64,000 nucleotides of DNA from an uncultured Hyphomicrobiales bacterium (GCA_964513465.1 CAZEMR010000005.1:14948-78947), one strand, 5' to 3'; positions 17,016-26,418 are shown, counted from the first letter of the stretch. The notes: generated from the sequence alone by a model not told the origin. Translations and numbers: made by a program.

Positions 17016-17783
17016 TTAGCTTTTACCGCTTTCGGATTCTTCGAACTCCTCCATCGACGGTGGCTCCTCGGGGAAAGGCATTTCTTCCTGATTCATGCTC
17101 TGCTCGGGATATTCATCATGCATTTTGCTGAATATTTCCTGGTCTTCGTCGTCGCCGGGGAAATCGGAAATATCTTCCATTTCGAATTCGGGCAGCATAT
17201 GGCCTTCGAGCTCTTCATCCTCGCCTTCGGAGGATTGTGCTGCGGATTTGCCGGGCAGTTTCTTGCTTTCCTTCATTTCTTTACGGCGCCGGGCTTCGAT
17301 TTCGCGCTGGATATTTTCAAGTTCGGTCAGCTCTGCTTCGTGGCGGGCCTCTTCTTCTTTTTCGAGTTCGGCCTGTTTGCGAAGCTCTTCCTCGAGCTCT
17401 TTCTCCTTATCGAGCGAAATCAGATAGAACACGCTGACCATAGCGATGCCGCCTCCGCCATAGAACAGAAAAAATACGAGAAATACGTAAAACACGATCT
17501 CGCGCGGAGTATAGGTGCCCGGATAAACGAAAAAAATCAGAAACAAAGTGGCAGCCAGCACACTTATATAAAAATGGATTTTGTACGGAAAATTGATTTT
17601 CTTTTTAATCCGCTTTTGCTCCTGCTTCAGCTTTTTTTTCTGACGGGCTTCGCGGCGCTTCTGGCGTTTCTGCTTTTCTTTCTGCTTTTTCTTAAGTTCG
17701 GCATACTCCTTCTTTTCGCGCTCGCGGCGTTCCTGTTCCCGCTTTTTTTCTTCGGGGGTCAGTTGTTTTTTTTCTTTAGCCAT
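17016..17783 (-). CDS. Charge-dipolar membrane protein (basic K/R/E-rich N-terminus, 2 TM helices, acidic C-terminus) inserted between flhG and fliA
   Basis: Low-complexity charged regions flank hydrophobic helices (YISVLAATLFLIFFVY; VFYVFLVFFLFYGGGGIAMVSVFYLI). No domain recognised. Confidence 0.55.
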   Translation of the reverse strand: MAKEKKQLTPEEKKREQERREREKKEYAELKKKQKEKQKRQKRREARQKKKLKQEQKRIKKKINFPYKIHFYISVLAATLFLIFFVYPGTYTPREIVFYVFLVFFLFYGGGGIAMVSVFYLISLDKEKELEEELRKQAELEKEEEARHEAELTELENIQREIEARRRKEMKESKKLPGKSAAQSSEGEDEELEGHMLPEFEMEDISDFPGDDEDQEIFSKMHDEYPEQSMNQEEMPFPEEPPSMEEFEESESGKS

Positions 17784-17801
17784 AATTTGGCAAATCCTTG
17801 A

Positions 17802-18575
17802 TTATGCTAAATATTGTTTTTCCGTGACCGCGATCATTGACGTTAATTTGTCAGCAATCTTTTCTATCGATACACTCACTTCGCTTGCTGGGTCGGTTTC
17901 CGTAAGTAATTCCTGACGAATGATCGACTGACGCACAACCCGATCGTAGGGGACGAATCCCACAAGATCGAGCTCGAGCCCGAGGAATTTCCCCGTGGCC
18001 AGATTCAGCTTAGTCGAGATTTCGTCGGCGTCTTCCATATCAATCACATTGTTGACCAGCATCCGGATGCGCTCCGGCGGCGTCATACCGAGCAATATCT
18101 TGATCAGCGCATAGGCATCGATAAGCGACGTCGGCTCGTCTGTTATAACCACATTGACAAAATCGGCCAGCCTGCAGCATTCGATAACTTCGTCGGATGC
18201 GCCCGCCGGGGTATCTATCAATATAAAATCCATTTCGGTGAATGCAAGTATTTCGTTATATATTTTGCGAATTTCCTGCGGCTCGAAGTCCTCGTGGCGA
18301 CCGGAAGCGGGCAAATCCGCCAGCAGTCTGAAATTCTTCCTGACCCGGAACATTGCGTCTTCTACTGATACATGCCCGGCATAAACGTCGCTCATCCTCA
18401 CTGGCGGCTCGACCCCCATAAGAAGATGCTGATTGGGGAAATTCATGTTTGCATCCCACACCAGCACCCGATGACTGCGGGCGAGCATATTCGCCAGATT
18501 GGCAGTGAGCACGCTTTTGCCGACTCCGCCTTTGCCGCTTGCTATTGTGATTGTAATAGGTCTGTTAATTTCCAT
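17802..18575 (-). CDS. flhG: Flagellar number regulator FlhG (MinD/ParA-family ATPase)
   Basis: Deviant Walker A SGKGGVGKS. MinD-like fold. Immediately downstream of flhF. Confidence 0.8.
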   Translation of the reverse strand: MEINRPITITIASGKGGVGKSVLTANLANMLARSHRVLVWDANMNFPNQHLLMGVEPPVRMSDVYAGHVSVEDAMFRVRKNFRLLADLPASGRHEDFEPQEIRKIYNEILAFTEMDFILIDTPAGASDEVIECCRLADFVNVVITDEPTSLIDAYALIKILLGMTPPERIRMLVNNVIDMEDADEISTKLNLATGKFLGLELDLVGFVPYDRVVRQSIIRQELLTETDPASEVSVSIEKIADKLTSMIAVTEKQYLA

Positions 18576-18614
18576 ATTATTTCATTGTAAATTAAATGGT
18601 CATATTTGGATAAA

Positions 18615-19748
18615 TTATTTGGCTTCTGCAGAATAAAAGCCAATATCATCCGGCAGCAGCAGCTCTCCGAGTTTCTCTGCCGACGCAGGCTCGATATCCT
18701 CCGGTATCTGCTGGCCGGTGGTGAAATACATCAGCGGAATCGGCTGCGATTCGAGCGCCGATATTGCCTCGCCCACTCCCGGGGTCTCGTCCAGCTTAGT
18801 CAGTATCATCGATGTCGGGCCGGTCGCCCCGAATTTGCGGATTACCTCTGCCAGCATAGATTGACTGGCGCCCGCCGGCTGCACGAGAAACACGTTGTCG
18901 GCCGAGGACTTACGAACGTATTCGCTGATTTCCTGCAAATGCTTTTTATTCTGCTGGCTGCGGCCTGTTGTGTCTATATATATAAAATCAAAATTTTTCT
19001 CCGAACGAACGATTTCATCCAGCTCCTCCGGCGAATATGCCGAACGATAGGGGAGATTGGCAATCGAGGCGTAAGTCTCGAGCTGCTCGGCGCCGCCTAC
19101 CTTATGCGTATCGGCCGATACGACAAGCACCCGCGCCTGCATTACCAATCTTGTGATAATGGCCAGCTTAACGAGGGTCGTAGTCTTGCCAGAGCCCGTT
19201 GTGCCAGTAAATACGGCAATCTTACGGCCATCGGCCTGCTGAAGCGGCTCGACGCACCGGATATGCTCTGTGGCCAGCCTCCGTCCCTCCCTGATTGCCT
19301 CGGTCAGATCGCCCGGGTCTGCGCTGCCGCTTATCTTTCCGGCAATCCGGAGCGCGAGATTTTCCTCCATGCCGGACTTGCGCAATGCGAGGAAAATCCG
19401 CCCGGGAATGTCGCCGAGCGAGGCAGCATATTTATATTTCACCGAATCGGACACACCGCTCAGCAGCGTTCTGATCTTCTCGATTTCAGAGAAAATATCG
19501 CCTGCAGTTTTGACAAATGTCCGGGCGTCGGAATGCACCTCAGGGCGCGGCTCTTTTGGCGGTGCTTTCGCAGTTCTACGGTTTTTGCCGGGGCGGTCGT
19601 CTATGGCTGCCACGAGCTCTACACCCTCTCCATTCTCGGAGTCGTGCACCGTGCGGCTGGAGAGCACCACTGCGTCTTCGCCGAGCTCGGACTTGATCAG
19701 CGCTTTGCCTTCGGCGAGCGATTTTGCTTTATATTTTTTAATTCTCAT
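18615..19748 (-). CDS. flhF: Flagellar biosynthesis GTPase FlhF (SRP-type GTPase)
   Basis: G-motifs GTTGSGKTTT, DTTGR, TKLDE. B-N-G domain layout. Confidence 0.85.
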   Translation of the reverse strand: MRIKKYKAKSLAEGKALIKSELGEDAVVLSSRTVHDSENGEGVELVAAIDDRPGKNRRTAKAPPKEPRPEVHSDARTFVKTAGDIFSEIEKIRTLLSGVSDSVKYKYAASLGDIPGRIFLALRKSGMEENLALRIAGKISGSADPGDLTEAIREGRRLATEHIRCVEPLQQADGRKIAVFTGTTGSGKTTTLVKLAIITRLVMQARVLVVSADTHKVGGAEQLETYASIANLPYRSAYSPEELDEIVRSEKNFDFIYIDTTGRSQQNKKHLQEISEYVRKSSADNVFLVQPAGASQSMLAEVIRKFGATGPTSMILTKLDETPGVGEAISALESQPIPLMYFTTGQQIPEDIEPASAEKLGELLLPDDIGFYSAEAK

Positions 19749-20011
19749 ATTGCATTAAATATAATATTCCCATGGTATTTTCAGGGAATCAACAAGAAAA
19801 AACTATGCCAGAGTTAATTCCATTATTTTTGCAAATTAATTTCAAAATTCCGATCCATCAAGTGGTAAAAGTACGTAAAACCATGAAGGATATTATTTTG
19901 AGTAAATATAATCTTAATATAAGATTAAAAATGTGTTAATCAACAAGGTAAATTTGATAAATTTTCGTACCTTTGAGTTTCCGTATTTTACAGAATTTGC
20001 GAGAAAGGATC

Positions 20012-20893
20012 ATGGCAATAAAAGTTGAATTTCCCGACACTACTTTCGAGAACAAACGGCGCTCGCCCGACGAATTTGCGCCAATCGCCAACGAAATCCG
20101 CCAGGATATTATAAAAAGCCTCGTGCTCGCCGGATCCGGCCACAGCGGCGGTCCGCTCGGCATCAGCGACATCATGGCCGTCCTCTATTTCGGCGGATAT
20201 ATGCGCTATAAATCAGACGACCCGCGCTGGAACGGCCGCGACCGTTTCGTGCTAAGTGCCGGCCACATGGCGCCCGTGCTCTATTCCACGCTCGCCCGCG
20301 CAGGATTTTTCCCCGCAGAAGAGCTTTCGACTCTGCGCAAATACGGCAGCCGGCTGCAGGGCCACCCCGGATTCGATATGGAGCTTCCAGGCATCGAGAC
20401 TTCGAGCGGCTCGCTGGGCCAGGGCATCTCGATTGCCGTCGGAATGGCCATGAGCGACAAACTCGTCGATAAGTCCGACCGCCTCGTGTTTTCGATCACC
20501 GGCGATGGCGAAATCCAGGAAGGCTCGGCATGGGAGGCCGCTATGAGCGCTGGCAATTATAAATTGAACAACCTATGCTGGATTGTCGACAACAACGACT
20601 GCCAGATAGACGGCCGGGTGAAGGATGTCATGAGCATCTATCCCGTGGATAAAAAATTCGAGGCCTTCAATTTCGATGTAATCAATATCGACGGCCATAA
20701 TTACGAAGAAATTGTAGCAGCATTCGATAAATTCATCGAAAACAGCAAAGCCGAATCCGGCCGCCCGACCTGCATAATAGCGCAGACATATATGGGCAAG
20801 GGCGTTTCGTTCATGCACGACCAGTTTTCCTGGCACGGCAATCCGCCCAACGAACAGCAGGCCGAAAAAGCGCTCGCGGAATTAAATAAATAA
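20012..20893 (+). CDS. Transketolase, N-terminal (TPP-binding) subunit of a split enzyme
   Basis: GHSGGPLGISDIMAVLYF and GDGEIQEGSAWEA motifs. Start at 20012 is preceded by AAAGGA. The ORF track Met is at 19973. Confidence 0.85.
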   Translation: MAIKVEFPDTTFENKRRSPDEFAPIANEIRQDIIKSLVLAGSGHSGGPLGISDIMAVLYFGGYMRYKSDDPRWNGRDRFVLSAGHMAPVLYSTLARAGFFPAEELSTLRKYGSRLQGHPGFDMELPGIETSSGSLGQGISIAVGMAMSDKLVDKSDRLVFSITGDGEIQEGSAWEAAMSAGNYKLNNLCWIVDNNDCQIDGRVKDVMSIYPVDKKFEAFNFDVINIDGHNYEEIVAAFDKFIENSKAESGRPTCIIAQTYMGKGVSFMHDQFSWHGNPPNEQQAEKALAELNK

Positions 20894-20927
20894 GAAATTA
20901 TGTTGAAATAAATATATCAGAATTGTA

Positions 20928-21947
20928 ATGAAAAAGTTTGAAAAGCTTGGCAAAAAGCCCACACGCCATGGATTCGGCGAAGGACTGGTCGAACTCGGCC
21001 GGCGCCACGACAACGTAGTCGTGCTCGGCGGCGATATCACCGGCTCGGTGATGACATCGTATTTCCGGGATGAATTCCCCGATCGCTTCTTCTCTATCGG
21101 AGTGGCCGAACAAAACGCCACCACAATCGCCGCGGGAATGGCCCTTTCAGGCAAGATCGCGTTTTTCTCGAGCTACAGCGCATTTGCCGCCTTCCGCAAT
21201 GCCGACCAGCTCCGGATTTCCGTTTGTTATAACAATATCGACGTCAAAATCGGCGGCGGACACTCCGGCATCACCGTCGGCCCGGACGGCGCCACCCATC
21301 AGTCGCTCGAAGAAGTCTCCCTATTGCGCGCGCTTCCGAATCTGACGCTCGTCGTTCCCTGCGATTTTGCGGAAGCCAAAAAAGCCACAATCGCCGTCGG
21401 CGAAAAGCCCGGTCCGGCATATATCCGCTTCGGACGCTCGGCAGTGCCCAAATTCACGACCGAGGATACCCCATTTGAGCTTGGCCGCGCTGAAGTATTC
21501 CGCGAGGGCAATGACGTTACGCTCGTCGCCTGCGGACTGCTCGTATGGGAGGCGCTGCTCGCAGCCGAGGAACTCGAAAAACGACACGGAATCCAGGCCC
21601 GAGTGATTAATAATCATACGATTAAGCCGATCGACAGCCTGACCCTTACCCAGGCCGCCCGCGAAACCGGCGCAATAGTCACAGCCGAAGAGCACCAGGT
21701 GCACGGCGGACTCGGCGCAGCGGTAGCCGAAGTAGTCGTCAAAAATTATCCCGTGCCGATGGAATTCGTCGGAGTCAAGGATCAATTCGGCGGCAGCGGC
21801 GAACCCGAAGAGCTTCAGGTCAAATTCGGCCTGACTTGGAAAGAAATATACGCATCGGCCATCCGCGCGATCGAGCGCAAAGACCGCGGATTCAACGGCG
21901 AAGTACGTAAATTGACCGACATTGCCGAATTTTCCGAAGGATTATAA
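20928..21947 (+). CDS. Transketolase, C-terminal (pyrimidine-binding and C-terminal domain) subunit
   Basis: FFSIGVAEQNATTIAAGMALSGK… Directly follows the N-terminal subunit gene. Confidence 0.85.
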   Translation: MKKFEKLGKKPTRHGFGEGLVELGRRHDNVVVLGGDITGSVMTSYFRDEFPDRFFSIGVAEQNATTIAAGMALSGKIAFFSSYSAFAAFRNADQLRISVCYNNIDVKIGGGHSGITVGPDGATHQSLEEVSLLRALPNLTLVVPCDFAEAKKATIAVGEKPGPAYIRFGRSAVPKFTTEDTPFELGRAEVFREGNDVTLVACGLLVWEALLAAEELEKRHGIQARVINNHTIKPIDSLTLTQAARETGAIVTAEEHQVHGGLGAAVAEVVVKNYPVPMEFVGVKDQFGGSGEPEELQVKFGLTWKEIYASAIRAIERKDRGFNGEVRKLTDIAEFSEGL

Positions 21948-22060
21948 TTTTTTGAGAAAATAATTTTTAAATTTAATAGTTTTATATATATAACACATGA
22001 TTAAGGCGGTTCGGGGAATCGCCTTTCATGTTTTACCCAAAAATTATCCCGGCAAACAAA

Positions 22061-23572
22061 ATGAAACAGTTTTTAATCATAAATCTCCTCGTAATTTTTA
22101 TGTTATCACCCCTTTTTTCACAGGATGCTCCCGGCCCGGACGCAATCAGCTATCGCCCGGCGGCTCTGGCCGGCGCTTTCTATCCGGCCGACCCGGATAC
22201 TCTCCGCAAACGAATCAATGAATATCTCGACCCCGACAAAGCCAAACGAATCCGCCCCGAAGCCGCAATCCACGGCATCGTAGTGCCCCATGCCGGCTAT
22301 GACTACAGCGGATGGGTGGCCGGCCGCGCCTTTCGCGAGATCGAAGGCCGCGGCTATGACGCAGTCGTCGTAATCGGGCCCAGCCACCGCGAGGTATTCG
22401 AAGGCGCGTCTATATACGACGGCGAGGCATACACCACCCCGCTCGGCAATGCGATGATCGACCAGGAGCTGGCCGATTCGATCGCCGCGGCGGATAATAC
22501 GATAATGCGTTCCCGCAAGGGCCACAGCCACGACCGCGGCAATTTCGAGAATTCGATCGAGGTGCAGATACCATTTCTGCAGGTCGTATTGCCGGATGTG
22601 CCGATTGTCCCCATCGCAATGGGAGCGCAGAATTACCACTCATCCGACGTACTGATGCAGGCAATCGTAAAGGCCGCCGAAGAGACCGGTCGCAGAATCC
22701 TGCTCGTCGGCAGCACCGATCTCTCGCATTATCATGATGTTACCGGCGCCCGCGAAATGGACATCCCGCTGGTGCAGACATTCGATAATTATGATTATAT
22801 GAAATTGTCATATAAATTATTTGCGCGCGAATGGGAGGCCTGCGGCGCCGCACCGATGATCGCGGTTATGCTCACCGCAGAGCAGCTTGGCGCAAACAAC
22901 GCAACCCCTTTGCTGTACGCAACATCAGCCGAAGCCCCCGGCGTAAAAACCAGCGACGACCGCGTCGTCGGCTATATGAGCGGCCTTTTGATGGAAGCGG
23001 ATTTTGACCCCTTCGGTAAATTCCCCGAACTCGACGAAGAGGAACGCGCGCGGCTGCTCGAAGCCGCAAAGGAATCCGTCAGCCGGAGCGTTGGCGCCGA
23101 CACCACAGCCGAACCCGGTGTGAGACTGGTCGATAAAGACCTGAGCGGACAATCTGCCGCATTCGTAACCCTTAAGAAAGAAGGCCAGTTGCGCGGGTGC
23201 ATGGGCCACACTATTGCCGAAAAGAATTTATTGATGGAGGTCGAGGAATCCGCACGGATGGCAGCCACCCGCGATATGCGATTCCGGCCGGTGGCCCCCG
23301 ACGAGCTCGATTCGCTCGATTTCGAAATCACCGTGCTGTCGCGCTTCAAACGCGTACTCGACACCGCTGAAGTCGAACCAGGCCGCGACGGCGTGTACCT
23401 CAGGCTTGGCCGCAGCGCAGGACTCTTCCTGCCGCAGGTGGCCACCGAACAGGGCTGGGACCGCGAGGCGCTGCTCGAAAACCTCGGCCAGAAGGCGGGG
23501 CTATCCCAAAACGCATACCAAATGCCCGAGGCCGAGCTGTTCATCTTCCGCTCTCTGATAATCGAGGAATAA
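22061..23572 (+). CDS. Fusion of MEMO1-like (AmmeMemoRadiSam system protein B) and AMMECR1 domains with predicted N-terminal signal peptide
   Basis: N-terminal MKQFLIINLLVIFMLSPLFSQ. Memo-like region (IVVPHAGYDYSGWVA…VVVIGPSHRE). C-terminal AMMECR1 region (AAFVTLKKEGQLRGCMG…GLFLPQVATEQGW). Confidence 0.75.
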   Translation: MKQFLIINLLVIFMLSPLFSQDAPGPDAISYRPAALAGAFYPADPDTLRKRINEYLDPDKAKRIRPEAAIHGIVVPHAGYDYSGWVAGRAFREIEGRGYDAVVVIGPSHREVFEGASIYDGEAYTTPLGNAMIDQELADSIAAADNTIMRSRKGHSHDRGNFENSIEVQIPFLQVVLPDVPIVPIAMGAQNYHSSDVLMQAIVKAAEETGRRILLVGSTDLSHYHDVTGAREMDIPLVQTFDNYDYMKLSYKLFAREWEACGAAPMIAVMLTAEQLGANNATPLLYATSAEAPGVKTSDDRVVGYMSGLLMEADFDPFGKFPELDEEERARLLEAAKESVSRSVGADTTAEPGVRLVDKDLSGQSAAFVTLKKEGQLRGCMGHTIAEKNLLMEVEESARMAATRDMRFRPVAPDELDSLDFEITVLSRFKRVLDTAEVEPGRDGVYLRLGRSAGLFLPQVATEQGWDREALLENLGQKAGLSQNAYQMPEAELFIFRSLIIEE

Positions 23573-23703
23573 TCCGGCAAAATATCTATATATGGGGTGG
23601 CTGCGAACCGGCCATCCTTTTTTTGGGAATGTAATATATATTTCTTGATGAGTTCAGTTGGATTCTATTTAAGAGTATACATTATTATTCAATAATAAAA
23701 AAA

Positions 23704-24429
23704 TCAAATTAATAATACCCAGAAAATATTCGAAATAATATTAATAAGAATCGAAATTAATATAGTAAACAAAATTGAAGCAAGAGGATACTTTTTGATA
23801 AACAGTTCGAACTTTAGAAGTCTTGGCTTTCTTATTTTCTTAAGCTCCCTTTCTAATTTATGGATATATTTTTCTGGTAGAGCTTTCATTCCAAAAAAAG
23901 CCTTACAAGAATCGCAAATTACAGGATTTTCAGTATTATATATAACATCGTATTTATAGCCATTCATGTCAAATAAACATCCCCGTGTATCTCTATGTAC
24001 AATACTGTAAACATCATCATTTGATATATCTTTAAGTGCCATTTTGATTAAGATTATTTCATAGATATTCTTTAATATAAAGTTTTCTATAGAAATATTA
24101 TTGATAAATAGTAAATGATCAATATCCGCTATAGACAGGCAAGCACAATTTTGTCCGGTTCTATGCAGATAGAAATTATCATCGAAACGATAATTCATAA
24201 TACCTAAAACAATATCAGAATATTTAATATTCTTCATGATATCCTCAGTCTCATCTCTTGAATAAACGATATCATATGTACCATAATCATTCGTTGGCCT
24301 GGGAAGATTATCAAGTGTTTCGATCTGATCGATTATAAACAATTTTGATTTGAATTTCTTAAGTTTTTTTAAATCAAGTTCATGCCGCAGATTTCCCAGA
24401 ATGACTATTTTAATTTTTGTTATTGACAT
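23704..24429 (-). CDS. AT-rich orphan hypothetical protein with C-terminal TM anchor (likely horizontally acquired)
   Basis: Codon usage is visibly far more AT-rich than the flanking genes. Soluble N-domain with Cys pairs (…GQNCAC…, …CDSCKAFF). C-terminal hydrophobic helix YPLASILFTILISILINIISNIFWVLLI. Confidence 0.55.
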   Translation of the reverse strand: MSITKIKIVILGNLRHELDLKKLKKFKSKLFIIDQIETLDNLPRPTNDYGTYDIVYSRDETEDIMKNIKYSDIVLGIMNYRFDDNFYLHRTGQNCACLSIADIDHLLFINNISIENFILKNIYEIILIKMALKDISNDDVYSIVHRDTRGCLFDMNGYKYDVIYNTENPVICDSCKAFFGMKALPEKYIHKLERELKKIRKPRLLKFELFIKKYPLASILFTILISILINIISNIFWVLLI

Positions 24430-24888
24430 TCCTTCCTCCTGTTAAGCTGTTTACGACTGATAATATGATTTTCGGTTAAAAATATTTTGGAATTAACTGG
24501 TAAAGATGATATTTAAATAAGATACGAAATATTATAAAAATATATTCGATAAATATTGAAATCTTGCTTTATTACAAAATATTAGAAATATGTGGTTTTA
24601 AAATTAGAAATGTCTTGCAAAGATTGCATGGACTGAGTGCTTGATTATTTCAATTACAGAAATTTCATGAAAAACTGGCGAACTTCCCGCCGGCACTCAC
24701 GAATTCCGCTGGAACTCCGCGGCCATAGCCCCCGGCGCATATAATTGCGTGATAACAGGCAGGGGAGATGTCAGCGCAGAAAGAATCATCATCACGAGGT
24801 GAGCCGATGCCCGCGTGAAATATTATCCGAAAAAATTCGTTTCTTAATAACTTATCGGATATGATTTCAAACGCTGACTTATATATTT

Positions 24889-26418
24889 ATGGCAAATTTC
24901 GAATCGAATGAATCCCCCAAAAAACGTCCCCGCATGAGGCGCCGGACGGTGGTCTCGCAGTCAAAAATCGATAATTTGAACATCCCGCTCGATGAGGATA
25001 TTTTCCGCCGGCTCGGGCGGCTGGCCGAGGACGCAGGCTATAGGATATACCTCGTCGGCGGCTATGTCCGCGACCATTTTCTGAAGCGCCCGAATACGGA
25101 TATCGACTGCTCGGTGATCGGCGATTCGATTGATTTTGCCAAACGCGCCGCAGAGCGGTTTAATTCCAAAGCCGTGCTCTACGAAAAATTCCGCACCGCG
25201 CTTGTGCCGGTCGGGGAGTACAAGATCGAATTCGTGGGCACCCGCAAGGAGGAATATCTGCCCGATTCGCGCAAGCCGATCGTCACGGTCGGCACGCTCG
25301 AGGACGACCTTCGCCGCCGCGATTTTACGGTCAATGCGATGGCCGTTTCGCTGAACGAAGACAATTTCGGAGAAGTGATCGACCTCTTCGGCGGGCTTCG
25401 CGACCTCGACGCAAAGCTATTGCGAACGCCGCTCGATCCGGTGGAAACATACAGCGACGACCCGCTGCGGATGATGCGGGCCGCAAGGTTTGCCGCGCAG
25501 CTCGGATTCACAGTCGATCCGCCTTCGTTCGACGCAATCGGGAGAATGGCCGAACGCATCAAAATCGTATCGCAGGAGCGGGTCACGGACGAAATGCTGA
25601 AAATCCTCGAATCGCCCAATCCGGCTCATGGCTTCCGCATACTTCACGCAAGCGGCCTGCTTAAATATATATTCCCCGAACTCGAAGAGCTTGCCGGGGT
25701 GGACATCGTCCAGGAAGACAGCAAAACATTCGGCCACAAAGACGTATTCAACCACACGCTGCAGGTGCTCGAGAACGTCGCAGGGCGTTCGGATAATCTC
25801 TGGCTGCGCTTCGCAGCTCTGGTGCACGATATTGCCAAGCCCCGCACCAAGAAATACGTGCCCGGCACCGGCTGGACATTCCACGGCCACGAAGAGCTCG
25901 GCGCGCGATATATGAAAAAATTATTCCGAAAAATGAAGCTTCCGATGGAGCATCTGCCGTACGTCGAAAAGCTCGTCCGGCTGCACCAGCGCCCGATGGC
26001 CCTCGTTGACGAGGGCGTTACCGATTCCGCTGTCCGCCGCCTGGCCGTTGCCGCCGACGATGCGCTCGACGACCTCTTTCTGCTATGCCGTTCGGACATC
26101 ACCACCGGCAACCCGCGGCTGACCGAGCAGTATATGAATAATTACGAAATCGTCTGGCATAAGGTGCTCGAGGTGCAGGAAAAAGACCGCCTGCGCGCAT
26201 TCCAGTCGCCCGTGCGTGGCGATGAGATCATGGAGGTGCTGGGTATCGAACCCTCGCGGATAGTCGGTGCAATCAAATCGGAGATAGAGGAGGCAATACT
26301 CGACGGCGTAATCCCGAACGAATACGATCCCGCCCGCGAATATTTTATGTCCCACAAGGACGAATGGCTGGAAAAATATCGAATGGAATTTAAGAATTTC
26401 CGGAAAAACCGGAATTAA
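24889..26418 (+). CDS. cca: CCA-adding tRNA nucleotidyltransferase / poly(A) polymerase family with HD domain
   Basis: Head domain GGYVRDHFL…DIDCSV…RRDFTVNAMAV. HD motif HDIAKP. Confidence 0.8.
   Translation: MANFESNESPKKRPRMRRRTVVSQSKIDNLNIPLDEDIFRRLGRLAEDAGYRIYLVGGYVRDHFLKRPNTDIDCSVIGDSIDFAKRAAERFNSKAVLYEKFRTALVPVGEYKIEFVGTRKEEYLPDSRKPIVTVGTLEDDLRRRDFTVNAMAVSLNEDNFGEVIDLFGGLRDLDAKLLRTPLDPVETYSDDPLRMMRAARFAAQLGFTVDPPSFDAIGRMAERIKIVSQERVTDEMLKILESPNPAHGFRILHASGLLKYIFPELEELAGVDIVQEDSKTFGHKDVFNHTLQVLENVAGRSDNLWLRFAALVHDIAKPRTKKYVPGTGWTFHGHEELGARYMKKLFRKMKLPMEHLPYVEKLVRLHQRPMALVDEGVTDSAVRRLAVAADDALDDLFLLCRSDITTGNPRLTEQYMNNYEIVWHKVLEVQEKDRLRAFQSPVRGDEIMEVLGIEPSRIVGAIKSEIEEAILDGVIPNEYDPAREYFMSHKDEWLEKYRMEFKNFRKNRN

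Noticed and set aside
18606-19817. 403-aa plus-strand ORF
   Set aside because: Antisense shadow of the convincingly motif-bearing flhF gene (G1-G4 GTPase motifs on the minus strand). Its product is R/L/A/G-rich with no domain.
19973-21947. Transketolase split into two ORFs. Could it be a frameshifted pseudogene?
   Set aside because: A two-subunit transketolase (N-terminal TPP domain gene followed by a C-terminal domain gene with its own start, 34-nt spacer and intact motifs) is a well-known natural arrangement. No evidence of a frameshift.
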